A stretch of DNA of 64,000 nucleotides from a virus (IMGVR_UViG_3300018475_000120:1-64000), one strand, 5' to 3'; shown: positions 1 to 10,328, numbered from the stretch's first letter. Translations and numbers: made by a program. Notes: generated by a model from the letters alone, not told the origin.

Positions 1-17
1 AATGTGGAGCGCCCACG

Positions 18-590
18 CTTTAGCGTATTAAAGTGCTAAAGTTAGCCTGAAACCTGGCCCCGGATACCTGGAAAGCTAGTTAGTTATGACTAACTAACTA
101 TCAAAGCTCCATATTGTTATATTTTTAACAATATCAAAGCTCCATCTTGTTATTTTTTTAACAAGCCGCGGCTGGCCCTATTTCCTTTTTCAGGGCTCCA
201 TAGCGTGGGCCGCGCTTCACTGCGCTAAAGCGATACAGTGCTAAAGTCCCTCCACCGTGTCGCAATTGTTAAAACCTTCACAATCTTTCCTCCACCTAAC
301 GTTCCTCATTTGTTAAAACTTTAACAATCATCTAACTGCCAAAGGTGGCTCACTTGTTAAAACTTTAACAATCTTTAACAGTCCAGCACACTTTAACGCG
401 CTAAAGTGCTAACGCATTACTGTCCTAAGATTGTTGTTAAATTAACGACAATCTTCTCAAAGTGAGTTAGTGCTAACTAATCACTATATAGCATAACCAT
501 CTAAAGGTTATAAGGTTATAACCTTTATAAATAATCAAAGTAAATAATCAGACAGTTATTATTTATAAAGGTTATAACCTTATAAAGAAG
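18..590. repeat. Dense non-coding palindrome cluster (several motif families)
   Basis: AGTTAGTTATGACTAACT (~78), TTGTTAAAACTTTAACAA (~310, ~355), TTGTTGTTAAATTAACGACAA (~431), CTTTAGCG..TAAAG, and a long inverted repeat TTATAAGGTTATAACCTTTATAAATAA...TTATTTATAAAGGTTATAACCTTATAA (~508-585); no ORF. Confidence 0.8.
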
Positions 591-616
591 GAAGGAAGGC
601 TTTCGCCTTCCTTCCT
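587..616 (-). terminator. Intrinsic terminator hairpin
   Basis: GAAGGAAGGC-TTTC-GCCTTCCTTC just past the stop of the minus-strand gene ending at 624. Confidence 0.65.
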
Positions 617-623
617 TTATCAC

Positions 624-1337
624 TCACTCAAAACTTGCGGTTTGCACGATAGTTTCCCAATCGTAAGAGTCAAAGGCAATCTTCGCTAAGTAGTCCATCT
701 TCTTCTTGCTACTGTAGTTCTGAAAGCGGATTGCGTGTTGTCCGTCTTTGCGCTTTGCTCCATCGTCGAAATTGAGCCAAGTATCAATACCGCCGTTGTA
801 GCCTTCAAGCGCTTCGAGCAAGTCCCGAATACGCATTACAAGCGGTTCGCCTTCAGCATCCCATTTCCAAACAAAGAGCGGATTACGCTTCACAAGGTCG
901 TTCAGGTTGGCGATGCACTCAGCGAAGTCAGAGCCATAAGCCAAAGAACCAGTTCCCACTTTGCACTCAATGGAAACGTTAGCGCCGTCAATCTTGACCT
1001 TCATATCATCCAGTCCGGAAGGACGAGCCTTGACATCGTTGATGGGGTAGCGAGTGCCATGTGCGATAGACCAACCTAAGCGAGTGCAGACTTCAAAGAG
1101 TTTTCCCCAAGCACCAGTAGAACCCTTTTCGGCTTCCTTGAGCATCTGCTCTTCATACCAGCGGCTTGCTTCTCGCTTCGCTTCTACAGTGTAAAGGTAA
1201 GTCTGATCGATGGAGGAAATCAAGCCTTTGGTATAAAGGCGCTCACGCAACTCATACATATGGTCGGTAGTGGCTTCGGTAAAGGACATGGTCAGCAGGT
1301 CGTTCAGGGTCATCTTATTGGTGGCGGTCTTCTTCAT
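624..1337 (-). CDS. Putative PD-(D/E)XK nuclease-fold protein, paralogue of 6467-7132
   Basis: GKLFEV...GLDDM...IECKVG motif; start moved to MKKTATN after the RBS; own promoter ~1390-1420. Confidence 0.65.
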   Translation of the reverse strand: MKKTATNKMTLNDLLTMSFTEATTDHMYELRERLYTKGLISSIDQTYLYTVEAKREASRWYEEQMLKEAEKGSTGAWGKLFEVCTRLGWSIAHGTRYPINDVKARPSGLDDMKVKIDGANVSIECKVGTGSLAYGSDFAECIANLNDLVKRNPLFVWKWDAEGEPLVMRIRDLLEALEGYNGGIDTWLNFDDGAKRKDGQHAIRFQNYSSKKKMDYLAKIAFDSYDWETIVQTASFE

Positions 1338-1858
1338 CGTGGGCATCTCCTTTAGTGTGTTGGGTGCGGTTTCCCTCACCTCTTGAGAAGATTATACCAT
1401 AGATACTGATAAAATGCAAGAAAAAGTGTTGTGCGTTTAGCACAAGAAAACAAGCAAAAACGCAAATTCTTTTGTGCTTTTAGACATTGCTTTTTCTTGA
1501 CTTTGGGCTTATAATAATGTTAGTATGGGAGAGCATTTATATATAAACTGCGGACCGCAGACCGCAGACTGGTTCTTGCAAACAGGTATCTACAGAACAA
1601 AAAACGAATTAGTTATACCTAACCTTTAGTTAGTCATAACTAACCACAAGTCCAAAGATTGTTGTTAAATTAACGACAAAGTTTGCGCGAAAATAGTTAT
1701 ACTATATAACTATCAGTTAGTTATAACTAACCTTATATTGAGTTAGTGCTAACTAATCACGATTAGTTATAACTAACCCAGCGCAATGGCCTTGTTGTTA
1801 AATTAACGACAAACTCCTCCACCGAAAAAAAGGAGCGCTTGCGCGCTCCGTGTAATTG

Positions 1859-2014
1859 TCAGGCAAGTGCATCCATCAAAGCGCCAATGCTTGATACACC
1901 AAGACCAACGAAGGAGTAAAGCCAAGAGGAACAGAGCAGAGCACAAGCAACGAACGAGATAAGAACCAAAGACCAACCAAAGCAAATGAGGAACGAAGAC
2001 AACTTCTTATACAT
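1859..2014 (-). CDS. Small hydrophobic membrane peptide
   Basis: MYKKLSSFLICFGWSLVLISFVACALL...; RBS and TTGACA/TATAAT promoter upstream; missing from ORF track. Confidence 0.55.
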   Translation of the reverse strand: MYKKLSSFLICFGWSLVLISFVACALLCSSWLYSFVGLGVSSIGALMDALA

Positions 2015-2297
2015 AAGAGCACAACCTTTCTTTATTGAGGAACTATATACATTATAGACGATAAAGACTTATTTGTCAATACTTTTGTAATATTTATTTG
2101 ATATCAAATAAGGAACTATGCAAACGGAATTAGTTTGTTAATTAACAAACAAAGTGCGGCCCAGGGCCAAGGAATAGTTAGTTAGTTATAACTAACCCCA
2201 TTATTAAGTTAGTTATGACTAACTGTTAATTAGTTATAACTAACCTCCACCGCCGTACTTTAGCGCACTAAAGCGGCCGCCGCAAAAGAATTGGCTC

Positions 2298-2453
2298 TCA
2301 CCAGAGAGCCAACCCCATTTCCGCCATCCGTTCATATTCGAACTGTTGTGCCATCTCGTCGAGTGCGTCATCATCGAGAAAATAGTCATCGTTCGCCACT
2401 TCGTCCATCAGTTCTTCCCAGTCCTGAGCCATCTTTTCCAGTTCGTTCATCAT
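2298..2453 (-). CDS. Small acidic hypothetical protein
   Basis: MMNELEKMAQDWEELMDEVANDDYF...; GAGGAGGA RBS; promoter ~2498-2527. Confidence 0.65.
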   Translation of the reverse strand: MMNELEKMAQDWEELMDEVANDDYFLDDDALDEMAQQFEYERMAEMGLALW

Positions 2454-2575
2454 CGTTTCTTCCTCCTCTTATTTGGTGTTCTCTTAAGAACTGTCTTAAT
2501 TATACACGAAGGAAGCGCACTTGTCAATAGTAAAATGCGCTTTTTCAAAAATTTTTTTAAAATCCTAAGGGTGGC

Positions 2576-2791
2576 TTATGCCACCCTTTCAATTTTGAGG
2601 GAATACACTTGGCAAGTGGAACAGGTTTCAAGGAGGATCCTTTCACCCACATTTAACAGCATCAATTCTGTTTCAGTCGTGAATAATTCCTTAGATGCTT
2701 CCAGGGCATAAAGTTTGCCAGCAATGAAACCAGACACCAGTGCGGTTTCCATCACAGAAGAGCCGATACAGTAAGATACTAAAAACTTCAT
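2576..2791 (-). CDS. Hypothetical protein, paralogue of the adjacent gene
   Basis: MKFLV start shared with 2837-3043; GAAAGGAAG RBS. Confidence 0.65.
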   Translation of the reverse strand: MKFLVSYCIGSSVMETALVSGFIAGKLYALEASKELFTTETELMLLNVGERILLETCSTCQVYSLKIERVA

Positions 2792-2836
2792 AACTAAACT
2801 TCCTTTCTGTTTATAGGGTGGGTTGCGGTGGAGGGT

Positions 2837-3043
2837 TCAACCCTCCACCTTTTCCAAAGTCAGCACGTAGCCGTCCTTGGTATCCATCGCCAGAGGACGA
2901 CCTTTCACGGAGCGGCACAGGTAAAGGGCGGCGGCGCTTTCTTCGATACCTTCACCCTTCAGCAGGCGCACAGCGTGGAAATAATTCACCAAGCAAGAGT
3001 CAACCACGATATCCATATCAACCCACTTTACGAGAAACTTCAT
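2837..3043 (-). CDS. Hypothetical protein
   Basis: MKFLVKWVD...; GGAGG RBS; own promoter ~3093-3120. Confidence 0.7.
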   Translation of the reverse strand: MKFLVKWVDMDIVVDSCLVNYFHAVRLLKGEGIEESAAALYLCRSVKGRPLAMDTKDGYVLTLEKVEG

Positions 3044-3149
3044 AACCAAATCCTCCTTTTCGTGTGAGGTCTTTTCCTAACCTCTAAGAAGATTATACAC
3101 TAAAAAAGGTCATTTGTCAACACTTTTCTTAAAATAAAAAATGGGCTTT

Positions 3150-3464
3150 TTAAAAGCCCATTTTCTGTAATAATCCACTATTTAACCGAATTGCTTCAAA
3201 CAGTTGCGGAGGAATATAGGTGCGGCCGCTCATCATCATAACTTCCACCAGTTTGGTCTTAGTGGGAACATATACTGTGATTAAAACGCCGTTTGCTTTG
3301 TTGCGGACAAACATTAGACCAGTAGTAGTGAAGATAAGCGTATGCCCTTGATTATCATCAACTTCCAGTAATGCATCACCAAATCCGATATACATCTCAA
3401 TGGCCTCTAAACGTGCTTTCCGTTCCACGGCCAGGTGATAGGACAAGATACCAAACTTCGTCAT
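3150..3464 (-). CDS. Hypothetical protein
   Basis: ORF with RBS and own sigma-A-type promoter. Confidence 0.7.
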   Translation of the reverse strand: MTKFGILSYHLAVERKARLEAIEMYIGFGDALLEVDDNQGHTLIFTTTGLMFVRNKANGVLITVYVPTKTKLVEVMMMSGRTYIPPQLFEAIRLNSGLLQKMGF

Positions 3465-3688
3465 TGTAAGAACCTCTTTTCGTTTTATATTGGCTTATCG
3501 CCTATATACATAATACACTATATGAGGCGATTTGTCAAGGGGGGGGTTTAGGAAAATTTTTTGTGTATCGGTTCTACAGATAAACAAACGCGGCCACCCT
3601 TTTTTATAAAACCGCCTCCTCCACCGTCCTTATTATAGCATACCTTTGTCAAGTTGTCAATACCTTTTTTAAAAAAAATTTAAGTCCC

Positions 3689-3997
3689 TTAGCAATATGC
3701 CAGGGACTTATTACGCCAACCGAAAACAGAAATCTGATTGTATTGGCGGCCAATGGAAAGGGCTTCCCGCTTAGTATTCACTCTGAAACTGTGGTCAATG
3801 TAGTAAATACCATTTTCAAACCACACGCCACAGTTGCCGCCCAGCCGCCGCACTTCGTTGATTGCTTCCTGTGCGCTTGCCGTTTCGATGCCGTGGTCGG
3901 CCACTTGCCAACCGCTTTTATAGTTGATAATCTTGCCATACTTCAAAGTCAGTCCATCACCGTTGGTAAGTTTGCGGATTGTGCGAATATTAATCAT
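3689..3997 (-). CDS. Hypothetical protein
   Basis: ORF with GAAAGGA RBS and promoter ~4037-4066. Confidence 0.7.
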   Translation of the reverse strand: MINIRTIRKLTNGDGLTLKYGKIINYKSGWQVADHGIETASAQEAINEVRRLGGNCGVWFENGIYYIDHSFRVNTKREALSIGRQYNQISVFGWRNKSLAYC

Positions 3998-4055
3998 ATT
4001 TCAACCGTCCTTTCGTTTGTCCCTTTTGACGTTATCATTATAGCACGAGTTGGGG

Positions 4056-4406
4056 TTATCTGTCAACCCCAAACTCGTAATTTTCTTCGATTGTGCCATA
4101 AATATTTTCCCGCACCTCCACCTCCACCCGAATGAGGTCGCCAACACTGTGCCGTGCGTAGTCAGCAGAAGTGACCCATACTTCGCCCGCTTCGCTACCA
4201 TCAACGAAGAACAGCATATAGCAACGAGATTGATGCCCTTCATCTACAACCGCTTTATCCGTTACGGTTGCGTCAAAAGCATAAGTTTCTACGGTTTGGT
4301 AGGTAGTCAGTCCCAACACAGAAACGCACAGGAGGAACAGAAGGCCAAAGAGGACAACAGCACAGAGCAGTTTGGTGAGGCAGACAAGCGCATTAGACTT
4401 CTTCAT
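4056..4406 (-). CDS. Membrane-anchored hypothetical protein
   Basis: N-terminal hydrophobic helix; RBS and promoter upstream. Confidence 0.7.
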   Translation of the reverse strand: MKKSNALVCLTKLLCAVVLFGLLFLLCVSVLGLTTYQTVETYAFDATVTDKAVVDEGHQSRCYMLFFVDGSEAGEVWVTSADYARHSVGDLIRVEVEVRENIYGTIEENYEFGVDR

Positions 4407-4500
4407 TGTGTTTTACCTTCTTTCTTTATTTGTCTTTCGACACTATGAGTATAACACATGTTATGACTTTTGTCAACACCTTTTGAAAAATAAAATTCGC

Positions 4501-4713
4501 TCACTTGCGTGGGCGAAATACAAAAGACAAAATCCAGTTAGCACCGTGGCAGATACAGAGCACTTCCCAGTAGGCGAACAGCGGGGCGTTGAGATGAGGG
4601 GCAAGGGCTTCCCATCCCCACATCACCAGTGCAGGGTTCAAAAAGAACTTAAGACCCCAAGCCAAGATAGTGCCCAATTGTTCGGATACCGTCATTTCTG
4701 AAATATTCTTCAT
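4501..4713 (-). CDS. Small membrane protein
   Basis: MKNISEM start after GAAAGGAAG RBS; hydrophobic. Confidence 0.65.
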   Translation of the reverse strand: MKNISEMTVSEQLGTILAWGLKFFLNPALVMWGWEALAPHLNAPLFAYWEVLCICHGANWILSFVFRPRK

Positions 4714-4951
4714 AATACTACTTCCTTTCTTCTCTCTTGGAGTGTCTTTATTGTAGCACAGGACAAACAATTTGTCAACACCTTTTTTAAAATATTTTTC
4801 TCCACAGATAGTAAGTTAGTCATAACTAACCGCGGCCCAGCCTTCCCCTGTCGTTCCATTCCGGGGCATCTTTAGTATAGCACAGGGCCGTGCTTTTGTC
4901 AATACTATTAAACAACTTTTTTAAAAAAATAAAAGGGCTTACGCCCTTTTA

Positions 4952-5155
4952 TCAACAAATCACCACGGCAGTGTGTCCGTCCTTCATATCCTTTTCCACC
5001 ACTTCAAACACAGGGCGGGCAAGTTTGCGGGGGTTTTCAGCGTTCGCACCGTAGCCTTGGTCTTCCCAGTAGGTATCACGGAAGCGAACTTCGGTGTCAA
5101 GGTCATACTGAGCCAAGGTGTTAATCAGTTCACGAACGGTCATAGTGTTCTTCAT
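4952..5155 (-). CDS. Hypothetical protein (MTVRELINTL-type phage family)
   Basis: GGAGG RBS; own promoter. Confidence 0.7.
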   Translation of the reverse strand: MKNTMTVRELINTLAQYDLDTEVRFRDTYWEDQGYGANAENPRKLARPVFEVVEKDMKDGHTAVVIC

Positions 5156-5189
5156 AGGTCGTTCCTCCTTTGCGTTTTAGGGCGCCCCC

Positions 5190-5375
5190 TTAATTGTCTT
5201 TATTATAGCACAAATCCGCGGCTTTGTCGAGAGGTTTTTGAGAAATTTTAAAAATTTCTTCTTCTCCATCATACCACACACGCTTGCAGAGTTTACCGTC
5301 CTCAGAGATAAAATCCTCGTAGCCAATCCAAGAACTTTCCGCTTGCTGTTCGTCAATCTTTGTCCAGTTCGTCAT
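5190..5375 (-). CDS. Hypothetical protein
   Basis: RBS and promoter upstream; 3' end overlaps the next promoter. Confidence 0.55.
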   Translation of the reverse strand: MTNWTKIDEQQAESSWIGYEDFISEDGKLCKRVWYDGEEEIFKISQKPLDKAADLCYNKDN

Positions 5376-5632
5376 AGTGTCAACCCCTTTCTTACAATAT
5401 CAGTATAACAGATATGCTTAATTTTGTCAACACCTTTTTTTCAAAAAACTTTTTTTATTTTTTTCTCAAAAACCCCTTGACAACGCGGCCCAGGTCTGCT
5501 ATAATTTAATTACAGTCGAGGACACCCCGGAGAGGGGAGAGAGGTTGGACAGGCTCACGAGGAGTCCAGCCCATAGTTAGTTATGACTAACTAAGTATTG
5601 TCTATTTCACAAATAATTTATAAAACCCGCGT

Positions 5633-5824
5633 TCACCAACGCGGGCGGAACCCATACAGGTCCTTGTAGACGTCCGACCACTCGGGCAGGTCGCGGTTGG
5701 CGGGATCCGCCAGCCACTCGCGGGCTTCCCGCTCGTAGCGAATTTCTTCGCATTCGCGCTCATACTGAGCGATGGTGCGGTCAGACAGGGTGCAGGAAAC
5801 GCCGTTGATGATGATGGTCTTCAT
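5633..5824 (-). CDS. Hypothetical protein
   Basis: ORF with RBS and promoter; ends SDVYKDLYGFRPRW. Confidence 0.7.
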   Translation of the reverse strand: MKTIIINGVSCTLSDRTIAQYERECEEIRYEREAREWLADPANRDLPEWSDVYKDLYGFRPRW

Positions 5825-5941
5825 AGTGGGATCCCCTTTCTTGCGGAGGGTCTTGCCCTCTCTTGATAGTCTTATTATACTACAGATCTATGGAAGTGTC
5901 AATAGGTTTTTGAAACTTTTTTCAAAAAAATTGGGATTGCC

Positions 5942-6199
5942 TTAGCAATCCCAAGTGTAGCACCCTTCGTAGGGGTCAAATCCCATATCATCATCGATAT
6001 CGGCGGGTTCATCATCGCCCTCCCGCCATTCATCCCAGTCCTCCGGCACATCCATATCGGTCATCTCGTAGTATTCGGCGAAGGTTGCGGCGTTGGTGTC
6101 ATCACCCAGGTCATACCATTCCGCGCCTTGGTTCCAAGCCTCTTCGTAGGTCAAGAGTTCGCCGGTTTCACGATTCATCCACAACTTGCTGTTCTTCAT
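5942..6199 (-). CDS. Very acidic hypothetical protein
   Basis: D/E-rich, ends GFDPYEGCYTWDC; GGAGG RBS; own promoter. Confidence 0.7.
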   Translation of the reverse strand: MKNSKLWMNRETGELLTYEEAWNQGAEWYDLGDDTNAATFAEYYEMTDMDVPEDWDEWREGDDEPADIDDDMGFDPYEGCYTWDC

Positions 6200-6466
6200 A
6201 GGTTCGTCCTCCTTTGGGGGTTTACCCCTTCTTTATGGTCTTATTATAGCACAGGTCGCCGCGTTTGTCAACACTTTTTTATTGTTAAGTTTTTAACTTT
6301 TTAAGGGGGGGCCCTCCCACGTTGGCGGTCCTATATAAAAAGGGCCCTCCTCCACCATCCACATTATAACATACAAAGTCAATACTTGTCAAGGGGTTTT
6401 TGAAAATAAATTTTTATACATTTTCCCGTATAAAAATAAGGGAGGGCTTGCGCCCTCCCTCCCAGT

Positions 6467-7132
6467 TTATTCCAATTCACCAGTCATCAAAACCGTTTCC
6501 CAATCGTAGCCATTACTGCTCATTTCATCGAGATATGCGGCCTTTTTCTTGCTGATGGGTTGTAATTTCACTCCCCACGTTCCATTGGTATCCCTATTGA
6601 GGGTGAACCACGTTTCAACGTTGCCATTGTAATCTTCCAACATTTGGAAAAAGCGGCGGGCTTCCATTGCGATAGGGCATCCATCTTTGCGATAATCCCA
6701 AACCATCAACTTATTGCTGTTTGCCAACTTTCCCAACCTGTGGAGCGCTTCAGCGGGGGTAGAACCTTGCGCAAGATTGCCAGTGCCCGTCTTTAATTCA
6801 ATCTCATAGCGCTTCCCATCAAGCACAATTCGCATATCCGCAACTCCGGCGGGGCGGGCTTTAAAATCAAGGATTGCCATTGCGGTATTGTGGTAGATGC
6901 TCCACAACGTGCGGGCGTTGACTTCAAAAACCTTTCCATAAAAGCCCTTGTCTGTTTCCTTAAGGCTTTTAACATACCAGTTGAGCGCGAAACGCTTTGC
7001 GGCTTCCGTGGTCAGGGTTTTTTGAGCCATACTTTTGATAAGTCCCGCCACCATCAATTCTTCCCGCAAGGCGTCAAGATGGTCAATCGTGGTTTCGGGC
7101 AGGGTCTGGGCGAGATATTCGGCGAACTTCAT
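6467..7132 (-). CDS. Putative PD-(D/E)XK nuclease-fold protein, paralogue of 624-1337
   Basis: GKVFEV...KARPAGVADM...IELKTG; aligns by eye with 624-1337 through to YDWETV. Confidence 0.65.
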   Translation of the reverse strand: MKFAEYLAQTLPETTIDHLDALREELMVAGLIKSMAQKTLTTEAAKRFALNWYVKSLKETDKGFYGKVFEVNARTLWSIYHNTAMAILDFKARPAGVADMRIVLDGKRYEIELKTGTGNLAQGSTPAEALHRLGKLANSNKLMVWDYRKDGCPIAMEARRFFQMLEDYNGNVETWFTLNRDTNGTWGVKLQPISKKKAAYLDEMSSNGYDWETVLMTGELE

Positions 7133-7551
7133 AGGGCATCCTCCTTCAAGTGGTGTTTATTGGGTATACCTTATATTAGCATATATGGCGGCGGTTGTCA
7201 ATAGGTTTTTAAAAAAAATTTCAGTAAAACTGATAAAAAAGTCTATCGGTTAAACAGATAGAAACGGATTTGCCCTATTTCTTCCTATATGGTATAATAA
7301 GTCATACCGATTAGGAAGGAAGGGATGGAAGATGCGGCAGTGCCAAAAATGGAACTTCGGGCAGGGCAGGGCGACCCGCAAACGGAACTTCCGCCCCTCC
7401 GCCCACGGGCAGGCAGGTATTGGCGCGGGCATAGGTATGCATATATGTGCCAGGCGCCAGGCGGCTGTGGAAGCTGAAAGCTGGCAGCTGGGTATTGACA
7501 AGCTACAAAAATTGTGGTATAATAAGGCATAAACAAAAAGGAGGAACCGCT

Positions 7552-7806
7552 ATGGCACGGATGAGCAAAGAATTGGCCGCCAATATGAACGAAGAACTGC
7601 GGGCCGACATCCTTCTGCGACTTGACCGCAAACTGCGCAATGAAATCCAGGACGAAGAAATCTTTGAGGAATGGCTCATTTACGGTGTTCCCGATGGAAC
7701 CGAAACCCTTCAGGATATGCTTGCCCTTGACCTTGATGCGGAAGATTTTGCAGAAATGTGGAATTTGGCAGAGGAACTTTTAAACCGAGATGCGGAGGAA
7801 GGTTAA
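7552..7806 (+). CDS. Acidic hypothetical protein
   Basis: TTGACA-17-TATAAT at 7495-7523; GGAGG RBS; start MARMSKE. Confidence 0.75.
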   Translation: MARMSKELAANMNEELRADILLRLDRKLRNEIQDEEIFEEWLIYGVPDGTETLQDMLALDLDAEDFAEMWNLAEELLNRDAEEG

Positions 7807-7857
7807 TACCTTCCTTCATAGGGTTATCTGTTTAACAGATAGGAATAAAAGGGCAGA

Positions 7858-8343
7858 TTATTTAATCTGCCCCTCTTTCAATATAAAATTAATTTCCGTC
7901 CAACCATCGGAACAACAACCAGTCTCTTTAGTAAAACCTTCCATCTCAAAATTGCTAATGAGATAGGTTCTAATTCTTCCACCCCAACCACCGCAAAACT
8001 TTTTCCACCAACGGCGGTCTTTCCTTTTCAAATACTTTCTGGCAGAATTGGAACCCCATCCCAAGCCATTATCAAAGAAGAAAAAAGTCTTTTCTTTATC
8101 ATCCCAATTTGCACGACGAGGGATATAATAAGACAAAATCTCGTTTGCCCGTTCCTCATTCCATACCTGTTTTGCATTCTGTGCGGCATACCATTTGTTA
8201 TAAAGCCGTTCCCACAACCGCAAAGGCCACCAAATAGGGAACAACACTACTCGACTAACTTTATAGCCATTATTCTTCCACCAATCACGAATAGGATGCT
8301 TCTTGTTCTTGCGGTTCATAGCCTTAATAATTTCAGGGTTCAT
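7858..8343 (-). CDS. Hypothetical Trp-rich protein, inverted relative to its neighbours
   Basis: 161-aa ORF with RBS and own promoter ~8380-8409. Confidence 0.75.
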   Translation of the reverse strand: MNPEIIKAMNRKNKKHPIRDWWKNNGYKVSRVVLFPIWWPLRLWERLYNKWYAAQNAKQVWNEERANEILSYYIPRRANWDDKEKTFFFFDNGLGWGSNSARKYLKRKDRRWWKKFCGGWGGRIRTYLISNFEMEGFTKETGCCSDGWTEINFILKEGQIK

Positions 8344-8517
8344 ACTTTTACCTTCCTTTCTTTTCCCTCTTAGTAATCATATTATATACCCTTTGCCGCA
8401 CCTTGTCAATAACAGATATTATCTGTTTAACAGATAAAAACCCCTTGACAAATACTTCCCTCTATGCTATTATATAAATGGTTCCTCCCCTAACAACAAT
8501 AGAAAGAAGGTAATCTA

Positions 8518-8976
8518 ATGTATTCTACTCTCCACAACTTCCTGATGGTTAACGGTGCTCCCTCTGACCTCGATTCCCTCACTTCTACCTGTTGCAACTG
8601 CGACAAGGTCATTACCGATACCGTTTATGCAGACCATATTGGCCGCATCTACTGCCCTGACTGCATAAAAGGTGAGCGCATCGCTTCTCTTTACGAGGTA
8701 GCAATTCACGAGTTAACTCGCTATCTCGATCGCCTTGATATCCCTTATGAAGAACCCGAAGAACTTCACGAAGGTTGCGTTGTGCGCTTCCCTTGGTGTA
8801 AGGGCGACGTGGCTTGCCATTCTTGTCTGCTTGGCGGCCGCTATGGTCGAATGGAAACCTATCGGTTCTCTATGGACAATGGAGACGTGACCGGTTATCT
8901 CCGTCCGCTTGAGGCATTGGAAATCGTGCTTCACGAATGGAACGAGCGCAACAAGAAAATGCGAGAAGGCGAGTAA
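8518..8976 (+). CDS. Hypothetical protein with CxxC zinc-binding motifs
   Basis: CCNC...CPDC; promoter and RBS. Confidence 0.75.
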   Translation: MYSTLHNFLMVNGAPSDLDSLTSTCCNCDKVITDTVYADHIGRIYCPDCIKGERIASLYEVAIHELTRYLDRLDIPYEEPEELHEGCVVRFPWCKGDVACHSCLLGGRYGRMETYRFSMDNGDVTGYLRPLEALEIVLHEWNERNKKMREGE

Positions 8977-9414
8977 TCGCCTTTTTTTTGTTTATCTGTT
9001 TAACAGATAATTTCAAATTTGACTTCTACCCTTCCCCAATGTATAATAGAACCATCCTAAGAGAAAGAAGGTCGCCCCATGGAAAAGATGTTTTACACCC
9101 ACGAGATGGAAGCCATCCTCACCGCCGCCGGATATAAGGTATACTTTTATAACGACCAGACCGAGTGCGACGTCTTTATGGGCGGCCACCTACTCCACAC
9201 CTTTGAGGGCCGCTACTCTCTGTATAATTGGATGTGTGATTGCGACCTATTATAAAATTTAAATCCACGAGCTGGGAGCTGGTAGGCTACAGGCTGGCAC
9301 TTTTGTGCTAACTGCACAAAAAATTTTAAAAAATTTTGTTCAAATGGCGAATTGATTTTTTTCTCATAATATGATATAATATATATAGAAAGAAATTGAG
9401 GAGGGAACATTCCT

Positions 9415-9615
9415 ATGACTACTAAGATTTTCTACCTACCCCGCAATTCTATGTCCCGTATTGCTATCAATGCCGTAGTAAATTATGTCCCTTGTTCCTT
9501 TCCCGAATATAAAGATATGGTAAGCGCAGATATCATCAAACTCCGCATTACTTGCCGCGCCTCTAATATGAAGATGGTAGAGCAGATTTTGCGACGGTAT
9601 GGATGTTTGGAATAA
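9415..9615 (+). CDS. Hypothetical protein
   Basis: GAGGAGG RBS. Confidence 0.6.
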   Translation: MTTKIFYLPRNSMSRIAINAVVNYVPCSFPEYKDMVSADIIKLRITCRASNMKMVEQILRRYGCLE

Positions 9616-9626
9616 AGGAGGCCGCT

Positions 9627-9785
9627 ATGGAACATAAGTATGTTATAATTAAGTTAGACAAATTTGACCGCTTTGTTGCGGCACAGTGCATTAAGGATAC
9701 CTATGCCGCCGCACAGGAACACATTTCACATATGCGACCCTCCACCCGATTTAAGTATGTTATTTGGTCAATCCCTTGTGATTGA
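9627..9785 (+). CDS. Hypothetical protein
   Basis: GGAGG RBS before MEHKY. Confidence 0.55.
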   Translation: MEHKYVIIKLDKFDRFVAAQCIKDTYAAAQEHISHMRPSTRFKYVIWSIPCD

Positions 9786-9923
9786 CCCCCTTTACTTATC
9801 TGTTTAACAGATAGAATAGTTCTCACATAGCCGCAAATTTTTTCTAAAAAACACTTGACAACTACCAACTAATTTGCTATACTGTATATGTCCTCAAAAG
9901 AGGACGGAAGGAGAAAGAAAGAT

Positions 9924-10328
9924 ATGAAGCAACTGACTAAAACCCAACTGGCGGCTTTGAAGCGTGAAGAAATCCTGAACCTGTTGATTGACTTCCTTAA
10001 TGGTCGTGGTGAAGATACTATGCGTGAGAGCGGCAATGCCATTGTGTTCCCTTCTCTTGATGCAGACGGAAATGAAGTTTTCGTGAAACTTGCTGTTTCC
10101 ATCCCTCGTGGCGACCGCTCAGGCGAAGCCTATGACGGCTACGCCGCCGCACAGGATTACAAGTTGAAGCAGGAAGCGATTGCCGCCAAGCGTGAACTTC
10201 AAGAGCGTGAGCGCTCCGAAGCGGCGAAGAAGCGCAAACAGCGCATCGAAAACGCCAAGAAGAAGAAGGAAGAACAGAACTTTGAGCGTGCGGAACTTAT
10301 CGCAATGGCAAAGGAAGGGCAGAAGTAA
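9924..10328 (+). CDS. Basic coiled-coil protein, distant member of the 10570/17959/20081 family
   Basis: Similar N-terminal VKLAVSI...YD segment; K/R-rich tail. Confidence 0.7.
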   Translation: MKQLTKTQLAALKREEILNLLIDFLNGRGEDTMRESGNAIVFPSLDADGNEVFVKLAVSIPRGDRSGEAYDGYAAAQDYKLKQEAIAAKRELQERERSEAAKKRKQRIENAKKKKEEQNFERAELIAMAKEGQK

